A stretch of 56,560 bases of DNA, the filler included, from Sphacelaria rigidula (Eukaryota), in NCBI GenBank assembly GCA_964200075.2. It is 7 parts of 7 records of this genome, joined end to end, with 100 filler letters (N's around TTAATTAATTAA, not from the genome) between each part and the next. Parts side by side here need not be neighbours in the genome. Positions count along the whole stretch, not along the records: positions 1 to 7,995 come from CAXNAA020012709.1; positions 8,096 to 16,090 come from CAXNAA020012710.1; 5 more parts are not named here. The stretch is one strand, 5' to 3'. Below the pieces are notes generated by a model. It saw only the letters and a list, made by a program, of their open reading frames with translations, did no database searches and had not been told where the DNA came from. A program made the translations under genes and the position numbers. The first letter of the stretch is position 1. The number at the start of each line of letters is the position of its first letter. Shown here one piece after another: positions 1 to 10,319 of the stretch.

Positions 1-1189
1 ATCATTATTTTACCAGCATATCGTGAACGTGGTGTTAGTGAGCTTCAGTCCCAAAAGGGTTAATGTACATACCTTGACAAAGTAATTTTAATTTTGGTAG
101 AAGCCTGCAGAAATATACATGTTTCAGAGTGGCAAATTTTTGTCCAAAAAGACGGAGTAACACTCGAGGTTGGTTCGTACTATTTTTCAGGATTCACTCA
201 CGCGTTTGCATCTAGTGCGGCCACGTCGTTCATCATCCGGTACTACGTTCGCGCAGGTCCAATAGTAGGCTATGATTCACGGACGAACTGACAAGAGTGT
301 GTAACGATTAAAAACAAAATCAAGAAGCGATCGGCTACAAGTCTGTAGATGATAAAGTATCGGTTTTGCAAGCTGTAGAAACCTGCGGCGGCGGGTACGA
401 AGTAAAACCTGCGATGCAAATGCATCACGACTGGCGGCTAAGAAAGCAACCCTCCAGGAAAGCACACCGGGGACGAAGTACCAAAACAATTCACGGAAGT
501 CCGTAGTGGGCGTCGGCCGGATTCTCTCCTGAGCGTAGGCGTCTATCGGAACATATGTTGTATCTGAGCCTATTGGACGGAATGAGATGAAAAAAACACA
601 GGTCATGGATGAGCGTGCCTTTTGTGTTTGGTCATCCCATTCTTCAGTTTCGCAGCTGACGACCTGGAGTCTGCAGGCCGTTAATGCCCTATACGTATTT
701 GTAGTATGATCACGACGCAGGTGCAGCAATCACTCTTGTTAACTCGTAGATGCCGTACTCGGCGGTAGGATCCTCTTCCGATTATCCTTCTCACGTCCGT
801 GCGTAATTCCGCTGCCTGTACATTTGTTTGGTGGGTAGCTCATACAAACCAGGAGCACCATGGTACGCGCAGCGTATGAAGCACAAAAATTGAACCGAAC
901 TGCTGCGGTAGAGGTTCATCATTCCTCACTCGCAGAGGTTTCAATCTACCGTTGATCGTGAAACGAGATGACCATGATGTCTTCCAGAGGTGATCGCCGC
1001 TTGCGCCAAAGGTACAAGGACGATCGCCGTAATAGTCGAGTTGTTTCGTCGTTCTTGCTGATCATATAGCTAGCGCCTGCCGTGTGTTTGTCATGTTTCG
1101 TGTTCGTCTGTCGCGTTTTTTTTTTTTCGTACATTTTTGTGTTGGTTCTCATGCTTCTGTTTGCCCGTGTCTGTTTGTTTCCCTCGCAG

Positions 1190-3277
1190 ACTTCGTTGAC
1201 GTGGTCGACTGGGAGCACGCGGAAATGGTTTGGCCCCTGGGAACGGATAGTCATGACGTCATAGATCTTCTGAACAAGGTACATTATTGTGGACACTGGT
1301 TGTCGCCATGGTTTGTTAGTGGTTCTACTGATGTTGAACTCTATGCAAAGCGGTAGGTGATGGTGCTGTTGTGGTGGTGAGGCTGGGCTTCTCCGTTCCT
1401 ACTGGTGGGACCCACGGACCCCATCAGTGCCACTCGGGCCATGGTGGGCAGGTACTGGAAAACGTTTGACAGAGTGGTCAATCGTGTTTTAGTTTTTCCC
1501 TACAGCTTCCCCCGTATCTTACAAACCAGCTCCGAAATGTTGTCCGTCGCTGCTTCATCAGGCCAACCACACTGTTGAGTTCGGCGGTAAAGTGGCGTAT
1601 ATCGAGGGCGACGAGAACCATCGTGCCCACACCGGCACAAAAAATAGTCACGCGGACAACTCGGGGCCCTTGATGGACATGGCAATGCTCTCCGAGTCTG
1701 TGGTGAGAACATGTACTGTCTACGAGCATGTGTATAGTTATCGTGTATCGAGTGTACCCACGATCATGCTGTTTTGCACCGCAGAAATGAATACACCCTG
1801 GGGAAGCGTACGGGAGTGAGGTGTACTCATGATTCTGCATGCCGTGGTCATGAGATCGTTGACCTCTCATCCCTTCAAAGTCGGCACGGAGTAGAGTATG
1901 TCGGCTTTTTTTGCCGCACCAGGCTCGCCCTCACCAAGTGCAAAGCGCCGTCATGTCTTCGATGAGTCGCATAAGGAGTGACCTGCATCCTTCCAAGCGT
2001 GTTCGGCCTGGGGCGTACTGATTGTCGTGCATGTGAATGACAGCCTCGAAGTAGTTGCTTAATATTATGATGTCGCCACTTCCAGACACAGCCACGGGTT
2101 ACACTTTGCCTCATGGGTATCTTGCGAATTGGACACTACGTAGTACGATCATCCCCTTTTTCGCGGAGTTGTGGTGCTCTCACCCCGCACTTATAGGTAC
2201 CGCAAACGGACGCAGGTGAGAAAAAAACGACGACATGGTTGCCCAGCTTACGCAGTGAGTGACGTGTTTTACAGCGTCGTCGCCAACAGACGCCAACCCC
2301 CCGAGGGGGAGCGTAGGGGGGGGGCGGGCGGAGTGAAGATAGAGATGCACATTTGGATGCCGCTGCACCGCGGTGCTCTAAGTGGTACTTTATGAGAGCG
2401 GTTCGGGCGGCGTTGAGGGTTCGAATTCCCACATATCAATGTATACATATATTTGGGGTAGCTTTTAATTCTGCTGTTGAAACGTGAGGAAGTGAGACAC
2501 GAAAGAAAATGTGACGAGGGCCGACGCGGTGCAGAAGTTCTGATCCCACCCGCGATACCAGATGTTGGATGGGTTGATCCCTCGAGCCAGCAGACTCGCC
2601 CCGAGGAAAGGGAAGTATCAAGCGTTTGGCGAATATGAATATATGTACATCTGTTCGAAATGAACTCATACCAAAAAGTCACTTCTGAATCGGCCGCTAT
2701 GGTGTGGGCGTCGTCTCCCTTTGCTGGATCCATTGAGAACAGTACCGTTGGGCAGTATATAAGTTTTGCGTCCGTTTGTTGCTGGAAAGCAGGGCCCCGA
2801 AATCTTCCCGTGTTACCATCGGTTTGCTAGGGTGAAGCGGAATTCGAAATGCTGCACAGTTGTCGAACTATTGGAGACTTCCTGCGCACATTGCAGCGTG
2901 GTAGGAAATGGTTCGACCTGAGCACGATCGTCTGTAAGGTTTATGGGCAATGTCTATACGTACAAGATGCGTGCGTTAGCTGGTTTAACGAAGACTTGTA
3001 CATTCAAGCTTATGACATGTTTGCTCTGTCTCTATGTTGGACATTGTCTTGCCCTTCCTCCGAACCCACCAGCGTCTATTATCCACTCATTTGTTCCGTC
3101 ACCCTGTGTCTCGGCCCTACTCGCGACAACTATGTTATCCTTGCGTGTTGCCGTCATCTGGTGAAGCTGCTGGTGGGATCTTATCACAGCTCCTACACAC
3201 TCCACGTTGCGGAGCTTGGCGGACTGCCCAGGCCGTTGAGACTGACCATCCGCACGCCGTTTACGGGGTGCGTGTGA
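1190..3277 (+). CDS. Fucosyltransferase-like protein (GT-B, alpha-1,2/alpha-1,6/O-FucT superfamily), 3' part; exons 1190-1278, 1562-1702, 3167-3277
   Basis: Phase-compatible AG/GT exons splice to (D)FVDVVDWEHAEMVWPLGTDSHDVIDLLNK|ANHTVEFGGKVAYIEGDENHRAHTGTKNSHADNSGPLMDMAMLSESV|LLVGSYHSSYTLHVAELGGLPRPLRLTIRTPFTGCV*. GTDS resembles FucT motif II and DMAMLS..LLVGSYHSSY..AELGG resembles motif III. Upstream exons were not resolved, and the last exon could splice further at a GTGCGT near 3268. Confidence 0.65.
1815..1950 (-). mobile_element. 3' end of C-tailed non-LTR element, subfamily B (intronic)
   Basis: Matches 26240-26370, 39890-40015 and 48400-48467 (GTACTCATG..GCATGCC..CATTGACCTC..ATCCC..GGACGGAG..ACCAGGCTCGC). 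Confidence 0.65.
2359..2615 (+). mobile_element. tRNA-derived SINE copy
   Basis: B-box-like GGTTCGAATTC at about 2418, body similar to the other copies, and the 3' motif GACTCGCCCCGAGGAAAGGG shared with 30098-30497 and 52442-52750. Confidence 0.55.
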
Positions 3278-6200
3278 CACTTCGCTCTCTGTTTTTGGTG
3301 TCAGGTCGCCGTTTCACCAGTGTCTTGAATTGGTGCCAACAGTTCGAACGATACCGTACATCGCATATTTCGACCATATCTTTTGCCCCTTTTTGTGCTT
3401 GAGGCTGATGTTGGCGTTTCACATTATTTTCGAAAGCAACGAAAGCAACAACGCAATCCAGCTTCCACGCGATCAAATATATGACCCGCGAACTGCAGTG
3501 CTCGTATCGTTCTTCATGGTGCAGCTGACAGAGCTAAAGGAATACTGTGGCGAGTTCAAGTCATGTACGGTATGGTTTTTTCGTTTCGAGATGGCGCCAT
3601 TTCGTGCTGTGCCGGCGCTGTAGATAATGGGCATGAGGTCGTCTATTTGTTCTCACCTAAACATTACCCTCCGCTTCTATCAATGGCTGCTGTTGAAATT
3701 ATTGTGAAGATTTTGGATGGTAAATTTGAAGGAGGAAGAACGAAGAGAGTACCATTGAGACATGAAAAACCACGAGTTCGTACACATCACATGATCGGAA
3801 GCTTATTCTGTAGAAGCTTCAAATTTACTCCGGATTTTTCGTTTCACGTATTATCTCCCGCATTCGTCTTCTCTCCCTCCTCTCCCTCCCTTCTTCCTGC
3901 AGAATCTTCGGCTCTCGTAAGTTTCGTCAGATGGACGACTATATTGAGTTCGAAGATTACCAACAGGGCTGTCGGTAAGTGGTAGATCGCCCTCATCAAG
4001 TGCTAACTCGAGTGTACTGCAACTTGAGCCTCTTTTTCCTTCCTCCCTTCCTGCCCGCAAGATGAACTTATTATTATTATTTTATTTTTTCGCGCGATAC
4101 ACTGTTTGTGTCAGATCGAGAGTCTAACGCTGATTGAGTGTGAGTTTTTTTCTTCGCTCTAACTTGACCAATCTTTCATTCTGTGTGTGCTTTTCTTTGC
4201 GTGCAGTACTATCGTGTGCTTGCAGTTCACGTCGATATCCTACTTTGGGATATCAAAGGCTTTAGTGGCAAGCTACTACAGGAAGCGTATCGATCCTCTT
4301 ACAAGGCCCGGAGGGGCAGTCAGGGACTGAAAATATTTCATTCATTAATTGACTGATTCTCCCTCTCCGTCGTATCCTAGATTCTCACTCTCACGAAAAC
4401 ATGGTCGTGAGTAGTGCAATAACATCACCCATGTGACGGTGAGCCCTGAATCGGCTTTCATCAATGTGGGCCTGATTCCCGCCCCCCGTGGGAAATTGAA
4501 AAGAGGAAGAATGCATTTTGTCCCGTCTTGACCGCGAAAATATGATCCCGTTTGTGACCTGTGTACTGAATTGGCATGACTTTTCTCCCATGTTGACGTG
4601 TAACAATAATCTTATAACCAGAATTTTCTGTTCTTTTGCTTTGTTCATGACCTGCGCGAACGAGCGAGGTTAAGCACATACAGCGTCCACCGATATAGTA
4701 TTCATCACCTGCGTAACATCGGCGGGTGCTAGTATGTAGGGTCAAGCGCCAAATCCGAAGCCTTGCCGGCATGTAGTTACGCGGAGGACAGAGTTAGTGG
4801 ATCACGCCCAACCCAACCCAAAACCAGATACCACCACCCATCCAAGTGTTGGGCGACAAAATATTGTGCAGGTTTCCGCACTGACTTGTTCAGTCAGGCT
4901 CATCACATAGCCTGCTCATCCGGTGAAGTGCGCAACCGACGGAAGCATTTGGTCATATGAGGCACATGTACTCTGTACGTGAGCAGTCAATATCCTGAAA
5001 CACCGACATTGGCCGCAGGTAGCCCTTTCCCCAGCCAGTGATCAGCCCTACCATCAGGTTAATTAGACGTAACTCCCTAAAGATAAACCCCGCAACCCCA
5101 CTCCCTTTCCCCTGTGTATTTGCGCGCATCGTAGGGATTTTGTTACAGACCCCAGCAAGCGGGCGAGCGTGACAATGGCTCTTCTAGCCAGTCAAGAGCC
5201 GTTTATAGACTGCAGCGATTATTCAGGGTGATCTAATTGGCTTCGGCGCTACGCTGTTCAGGGTGATTTGTCATGCGTGGCGTCTTACTTCGAGTGGTTA
5301 ATTGTTCGTACACGGTGCTCAGTGTATTTTTAATCATTTTCAGTTGTTCACCGTTGCGTTTGGGAGTTGATGTTCTCAAGAGATGGAAAAGTGGGCAGGC
5401 GGGCGGGGTTGACAGCTGGCCCGGATCGAAATGACGGGTGGCGTTCGAGTATCGGTACAAGAAGCGTAGGTATAGGCTTCTATTTGATCGAGTACGTGAG
5501 AGTTTGGCGTAAGATTCGGGTCATTTGTGTTTCTTTCGGTGATCCGGTTATGTTCATATTTTCGTACCCTGAAGTTTCGAGTTTCGTAACGCTGTGCTGT
5601 AAGCTACACATGTTGGTAAGTTATTCGTGGGTGTTTGTCCGAAATCATGAGTCTTACGATTTTCTACTTTTCTTGCAACAGATGACGAAGTTCCAAGTCT
5701 ACTCTGTCCATTACCTACTTTTGACAAGGATATCCGCTTCGTAGGAGGCATTGGTGTAGGTAAATACTTGGGACCGGGGGCCCGAGTTTCAATGTCGGGT
5801 GGTAGTTCCAAAGAAGTATTTTTTCTAATTTCACGAAGTGAAGTTGGTTTCTGCTGCGGGTAAATATTCGACTAACTGTTTTTTTGCGACTCCGTTGTTG
5901 CGTCAGGATTCTTGCGACCTGATTCTTGTGATCGGATTTTTGCGATGGTTTTTTCGCGTCAGGATTCTTGCGATAGTTTTATAGCTAGATTGTTCAACTC
6001 TAAATCCCCCATCGATTTCTTTTTTGGGGGGATCATTTCGTCAAACGGACACCAAACGCATCTGCTCCAAGGGGAACCTGGACAAACAGCAGTTACTGCT
6101 GTCTACCTAGTATGATCCTCCAAATCGAAGTCTTGAGTGAGAACCTCCAGCGTTTGGTGCCCATGTACAAGGATGATCCTCATCTAGTATCATACTCCAA

Positions 6201-6552
6201 AACGTACCTGACAAGGGGGCAACACCCCCGTACGGGCAGTCGGATCCTACGTCCTGACAGTCTGTGACAGTTTAGCAGCCGGCAAGGTGGTTATGGTAGT
6301 ATCCTTCTAGCGATGTCAGCGTACAGCGAACTGGAACAGAGTTTGCAGGTAAATATTTCGGCGATTACGCCTCACCTACAGTTCGCACAGATGTTGTGGA
6401 TTGCTTCTCGATATCACCAAGTAACATTTTTTTACATACATGTACAGGTGGAAACATACGAGACTCTCCGTCACATTTTAAGTCGAGATGTACCAGACCC
6501 TGCATTATATATGGAAATGTACCCAACCGTGGACAAAAGATTTCTACCGTCA

Positions 6553-7777
6553 GGCTACTTTTCATATATTAAAAAACACGTTATCAGGAAAGCCGTTTTT
6601 CAACAGCACGTTTTCCGTTAGAATTTTTAAAAGTAGCCTTTCTCGCGTGATCGACGCACTATCAACATTGAAAACGCAGTGTTTATCGTTTTCTATGAGG
6701 TGTGCACGCATAATTTCAAATTGAAGAGCGCGCGAGAGATACGCGGCAATCTGCTGTTCTGTCGTGGTGTAAGGTCCGTACTGACTGTTTTTTGTTCTAC
6801 TGTGATACATTGCCTGAGCAATACATTGTGGGCTGCATGACGCAAGACGGTCAAGAAGAACACTGTCTTGCTCTACTAACTGACTGTAGAAGTGACGGTT
6901 GTGGTTTTCACTGCACGGTAGTACTTGACTGAAAGGACAACACGGACAACAGGGCACACAACAGTGCTGTATTGTATGCATTGGCTGTAGTACTACAACA
7001 GTAGCACTACTCGTAGTCTTGCGTTTCCTGTTAGTACGGTCCTGTATGTACCTGGCTTGAGTGCGTAGGCAGTCTGTACTGCAAAGCGACGTCTGTTCGC
7101 AGCACGCATAGATCTGATCTGAGCTGCAAGTTCGCTGCACTGTAGTACTCTGTTGTACGCTCAGCACGGACAACAGTACACACTACTGTTGTGTTGTATG
7201 CATTGGATATACTACAGTAGTAGTACTGCCTATCTTACAGTCTTGTGTGTACTGTCAGTCCAGTCTTGTCTCTACAAGGCTTGGGTGGGCAGTCTGGAAA
7301 GCATTGCGACGGCTGTTCGCAACACGCTGCGTGCATAAGTTTGAACTGAGCTACGAACTTCTACGGACGACATACAGCGTAGACTGTCCTATCTGTGCAG
7401 CAGTCGTCATTGACCCTGCCCTCTGCTGTTCTCATGGGGTGAAGGGCCACCACGCTCCTGGCGAGCGAAGGACAACGAAGCAACACGCTGAATGCCCGCG
7501 AGCACCAGTGACAGCAGTAGTAGTGATGGCAGCCAAGCCGTCACAGGTGCTGTCGTCGGCTGTAAGGTGTGTTCGAACGCTGTTTTTATAACATTTTTCG
7601 ATGGCCCGAGGTTATCGGAAAATCCTAATTTTCTGATAACTTTGGGCTATCGGAAAATGTCATCAGAAACAATTACATCAGAAAACGTGTTCTCTGATCA
7701 CATAAAAAGCGGGGTTTTGGTCGTTTGCCAGAAAACGGGTTTTCTGATCAAGGATTTTTCATACGTAAGAAGTAGCC
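6553..7777. mobile_element. Non-autonomous TIR element, PIF/Harbinger-like
   Basis: About 50-bp imperfect terminal inverted repeats (GGCTACTT...AAGTAGCC) flanked by TCA/TTA, with a low-complexity CTG/TAC-rich interior. Confidence 0.5.
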
Positions 7778-7995
7778 TTAGCACGAACACGATGTTGGAA
7801 GTGTAATGCATACAGTGTATTGTGTGTGTTGTCGTCCCATCTATTCTGTATGCCCGTCTCCACCTTTCGATATATGTGGGCTATGACGGCAGCCAGAAGA
7901 AGGACTGAACACGGGATCTTACAAATTGGGGATGGATCTTTTATTGGGGATGAGAAACCCGGAGAGTTGAAATCTTCGTATCCACACCGAATCTT

Positions 7996-8095
7996 NNNNN
8001 NNNNNNNNNNNNNNNNNNNNNNNNNNNNNNNNNNNNNNNTTAATTAATTAANNNNNNNNNNNNNNNNNNNNNNNNNNNNNNNNNNNNNNNNNNNN
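7996..8095. other. Artificial contig spacer
   Basis: 44 N + TTAATTAATTAA (stops in all six frames) + 44 N. Confidence 0.98.
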
Positions 8096-8165
8096 AGACG
8101 CCAGACACGTCATTCCTGACCAGCCTCATTGGTCGTTCTGGAGGCCTGGTCCCAAAAGGGTTAAT

Positions 8166-8561
8166 AGGGTCTTGCTATTTACGTCAACGTTGACGTAATC
8201 TGTTACATCCATCAATGTTCAGCATCCGTCCCACAAGCCCCGCATGGACACAGCAAGACATGGAAAACACTCACACAGTCTCTACCTATCGTTCAAGCCA
8301 TCGCACGGAGCAAACGGACCCGTAACGGATGAGATACATGCTTATGTTAGAGTGAGCACTCTTGTGGCATGCGACCATGCATCATGCATGTATCTCATCC
8401 GTCACGGGTCCATTTGCTCCGTGCGATGGCTTGAGCGATAGCTAGAGACTGTGTGAGTGTTTTCCATGTGTTGCTGTGTCCATGCGGGGCTTGTGGGACG
8501 GATGCTGAACGTTGACAGATGTAACAGATTACGTCAACGTTGACGTAAATAGCAAGACCCT
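8166..8561. mobile_element. Foldback MITE with ~176-bp arms
   Basis: AGGGTCTTGCTATTTACGTCAACGTTGACGTAATC... (8166-8341) is nearly perfectly inverted at 8386-8561. Confidence 0.85.
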
Positions 8562-8677
8562 TCTTGGAACCCATTGCCGATTTTTGTGTTTGTGAATCGG
8601 CATCATTTTCACTCATTTTCAAGTCAAAATGATGCCAGTTCACAAACACAAAAATCGTCGATGAATTCCAAGAAGGG
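8558..8677. mobile_element. piggyBac-like hairpin MITE
   Basis: CCCTTCTTGGAA...TTCCAAGAAGGG followed by TTAA, with ~50-bp arms. A related copy lies at 45159-45275. Confidence 0.75.
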
Positions 8678-8681
8678 TTAA

Positions 8682-8780
8682 CCCTTAGACCGCGAGATTA
8701 GTCTTTCTGGATCATGCATACTTTTTTTTCACTTGAAATTGATGCCGATTCAACAGAAGACTAACCTCGCGGTCTAAGGG
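8682..8780. mobile_element. piggyBac-like MITE with TTAA target-site duplication
   Basis: TTAA|CCCTTAGACCGCGAGATTAGTCT...AGACTAACCTCGCGGTCTAAGGG|TTAA. Confidence 0.85.
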
Positions 8781-9580
8781 TTAAGCTGTCGTTGTTTGAC
8801 CTTGCCCCAGTGTACATACAAGCATCAAGCATCAATTGTTCACCAAACTGTACACAATTATCAAGAAGTCTACGACTACACTAAATTCAAGTAGTTGATA
8901 ACCAGACTACGATGAAGTAGTTTACGAACACTTGGAATCGAGTAGTCTACAACACTGAATTCAAGTGATTAGCACAGACTTGCCGCCCGGCGCCCAACCC
9001 CCCCCCCCCGAACCCTCTTTTTCTCGATCTTTTCAAAGTTGGGGAGCTATGTTCCTTGAAAAAGAAAATTGATGGTCTCCTGTGCGGTCCTCCCACGCAT
9101 TACACCGCCACCTCCTGGAAATCCTGCTGTCATAAACCGTTCCGAGGCGACGCTCGCAGTCTCGGAGGGGGGAATATTCTGGACCATTCTTTCCACGAAA
9201 TTCCACTCTATGTCGTCGTTGGAAGCAGCAACGTTCGTTTAAAGCTTGTTACCGATGAATATCACTTATCCATCCATACCGTTTGACACCCAAATATGAG
9301 CGCACCGCGGATGTGGTATGTCGTCTCACACACCAACTCGACTTTTTTCATGGAATCAAATCCCCCTCTCCTCTCGTCGGATGACCCACTCCGAAAATTC
9401 ATAATTGATTTCTCTTTCGGCTTTTTTTTGTTTTAAAAAGTCTGGAAAAGACTCCAATTTCTCCGAAAAATTCCAAAAAGTCTGCAAAAAACAGTAGTAT
9501 TCACCACTTGGTCGATTGGAACCTTCCCGGAATTTCATTGCTTGATTTGAGTGTAAACACCGACATTCGGATCCTTAGCG

Positions 9581-9805
9581 GGGCTGACAGCCCCAACTGC
9601 CCTTCGCGTGCGCAGAACGCGTTTTCGTCAAGATCGGCGCCTGCGCCGCCGTTTTTATGTCTGCCAACGCCATACTCTGCCCAGGGAACGTTTCACACAC
9701 TCCTCACCCGAGGGTTCTCGGTATGCTTTGGGTTGGGGTTAGGGTTAGCGCTATTTAAAAAAATATATTTACGAGAAATTTGTGCATCGACCAAGTGGTG
9801 AACAC
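9581..9805 (+). repeat. Dispersed repeat carrying telomere-like GGGTTA units
   Basis: Aligns by eye with 55416-55630 (minus) and partly with 33355-33430 (minus); all contain CCCGAGGGTTCTCGGTATGC..GGGTTAGGGTTAG-like sequence. Confidence 0.65.
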
Positions 9806-9826
9806 ACCTCGAAAAAAATAGTTTTA

Positions 9827-10307
9827 GGCCCATTATTATGGACACCTTTTTCGGAGATATCCAAAATTGTCGGAACTGGCGACGTACCTGATTGCTTTTG
9901 AATGCTTGCGAGCGCAACGGCGTATTCACAGGGCAGCTCTCCGAAGTGCCGCGTTGAAGTCCGAATTTTTCGGAATTCTCTTACAGTGAAGCTTCGGAGA
10001 AAAAATCACGCCGCTTCATTCTCGGAAAAGTGTGAATTGCAGATTCCGAAAACCGAAAATTCTGATATTTTTGAAAAAAAAACAGTATCGATATCAAACG
10101 AGTTTCGGAAAACGCTTTTTTTGTCGTTTCAGAGTACACATATCTCGGGATCAGAGTGCAGAAGATAAAAAAAATGCCTCATCGAAAAGAGGTTAAGGGG
10201 ATACCGCATTTGACGGAGGGGGAAAAACATTTTCGTTACTCTAATCCGGAGATATTTGCACTCGGAATGACAAAAAAGCGTTTTCCGAAACTCTCTAATA
10301 ATGGGCC
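9827..10307. mobile_element. PIF/Harbinger (Tourist-like) MITE
   Basis: TTA|GGCCCATTATTA...TAATAATGGGCC|TTA. The internal hairpin 10100-10292 recurs at 35980-36175. Confidence 0.8.
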
Positions 10308-10319
10308 TTACCAACAACC

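Noticed and set aside
750-1011. Possible upstream exons of the fucosyltransferase-like gene (750-798, 936-1011; ..DVFQR/VIAACAK)
   Set aside because: Joining to 1190 needs a one-base frameshift or a ~22-bp exon, and several readings are equally plausible, so they are left unannotated.
6562-7173. 203-aa Cys/Gln/Thr-rich ORF
   Set aside because: It comes from the low-complexity interior of a TIR element and has no domain signature.
8040-8051. Recurrent TTAATTAATTAA motif at ~8.09-kb period
   Set aside because: It is an artificial six-frame stop linker embedded in N runs, not biology.
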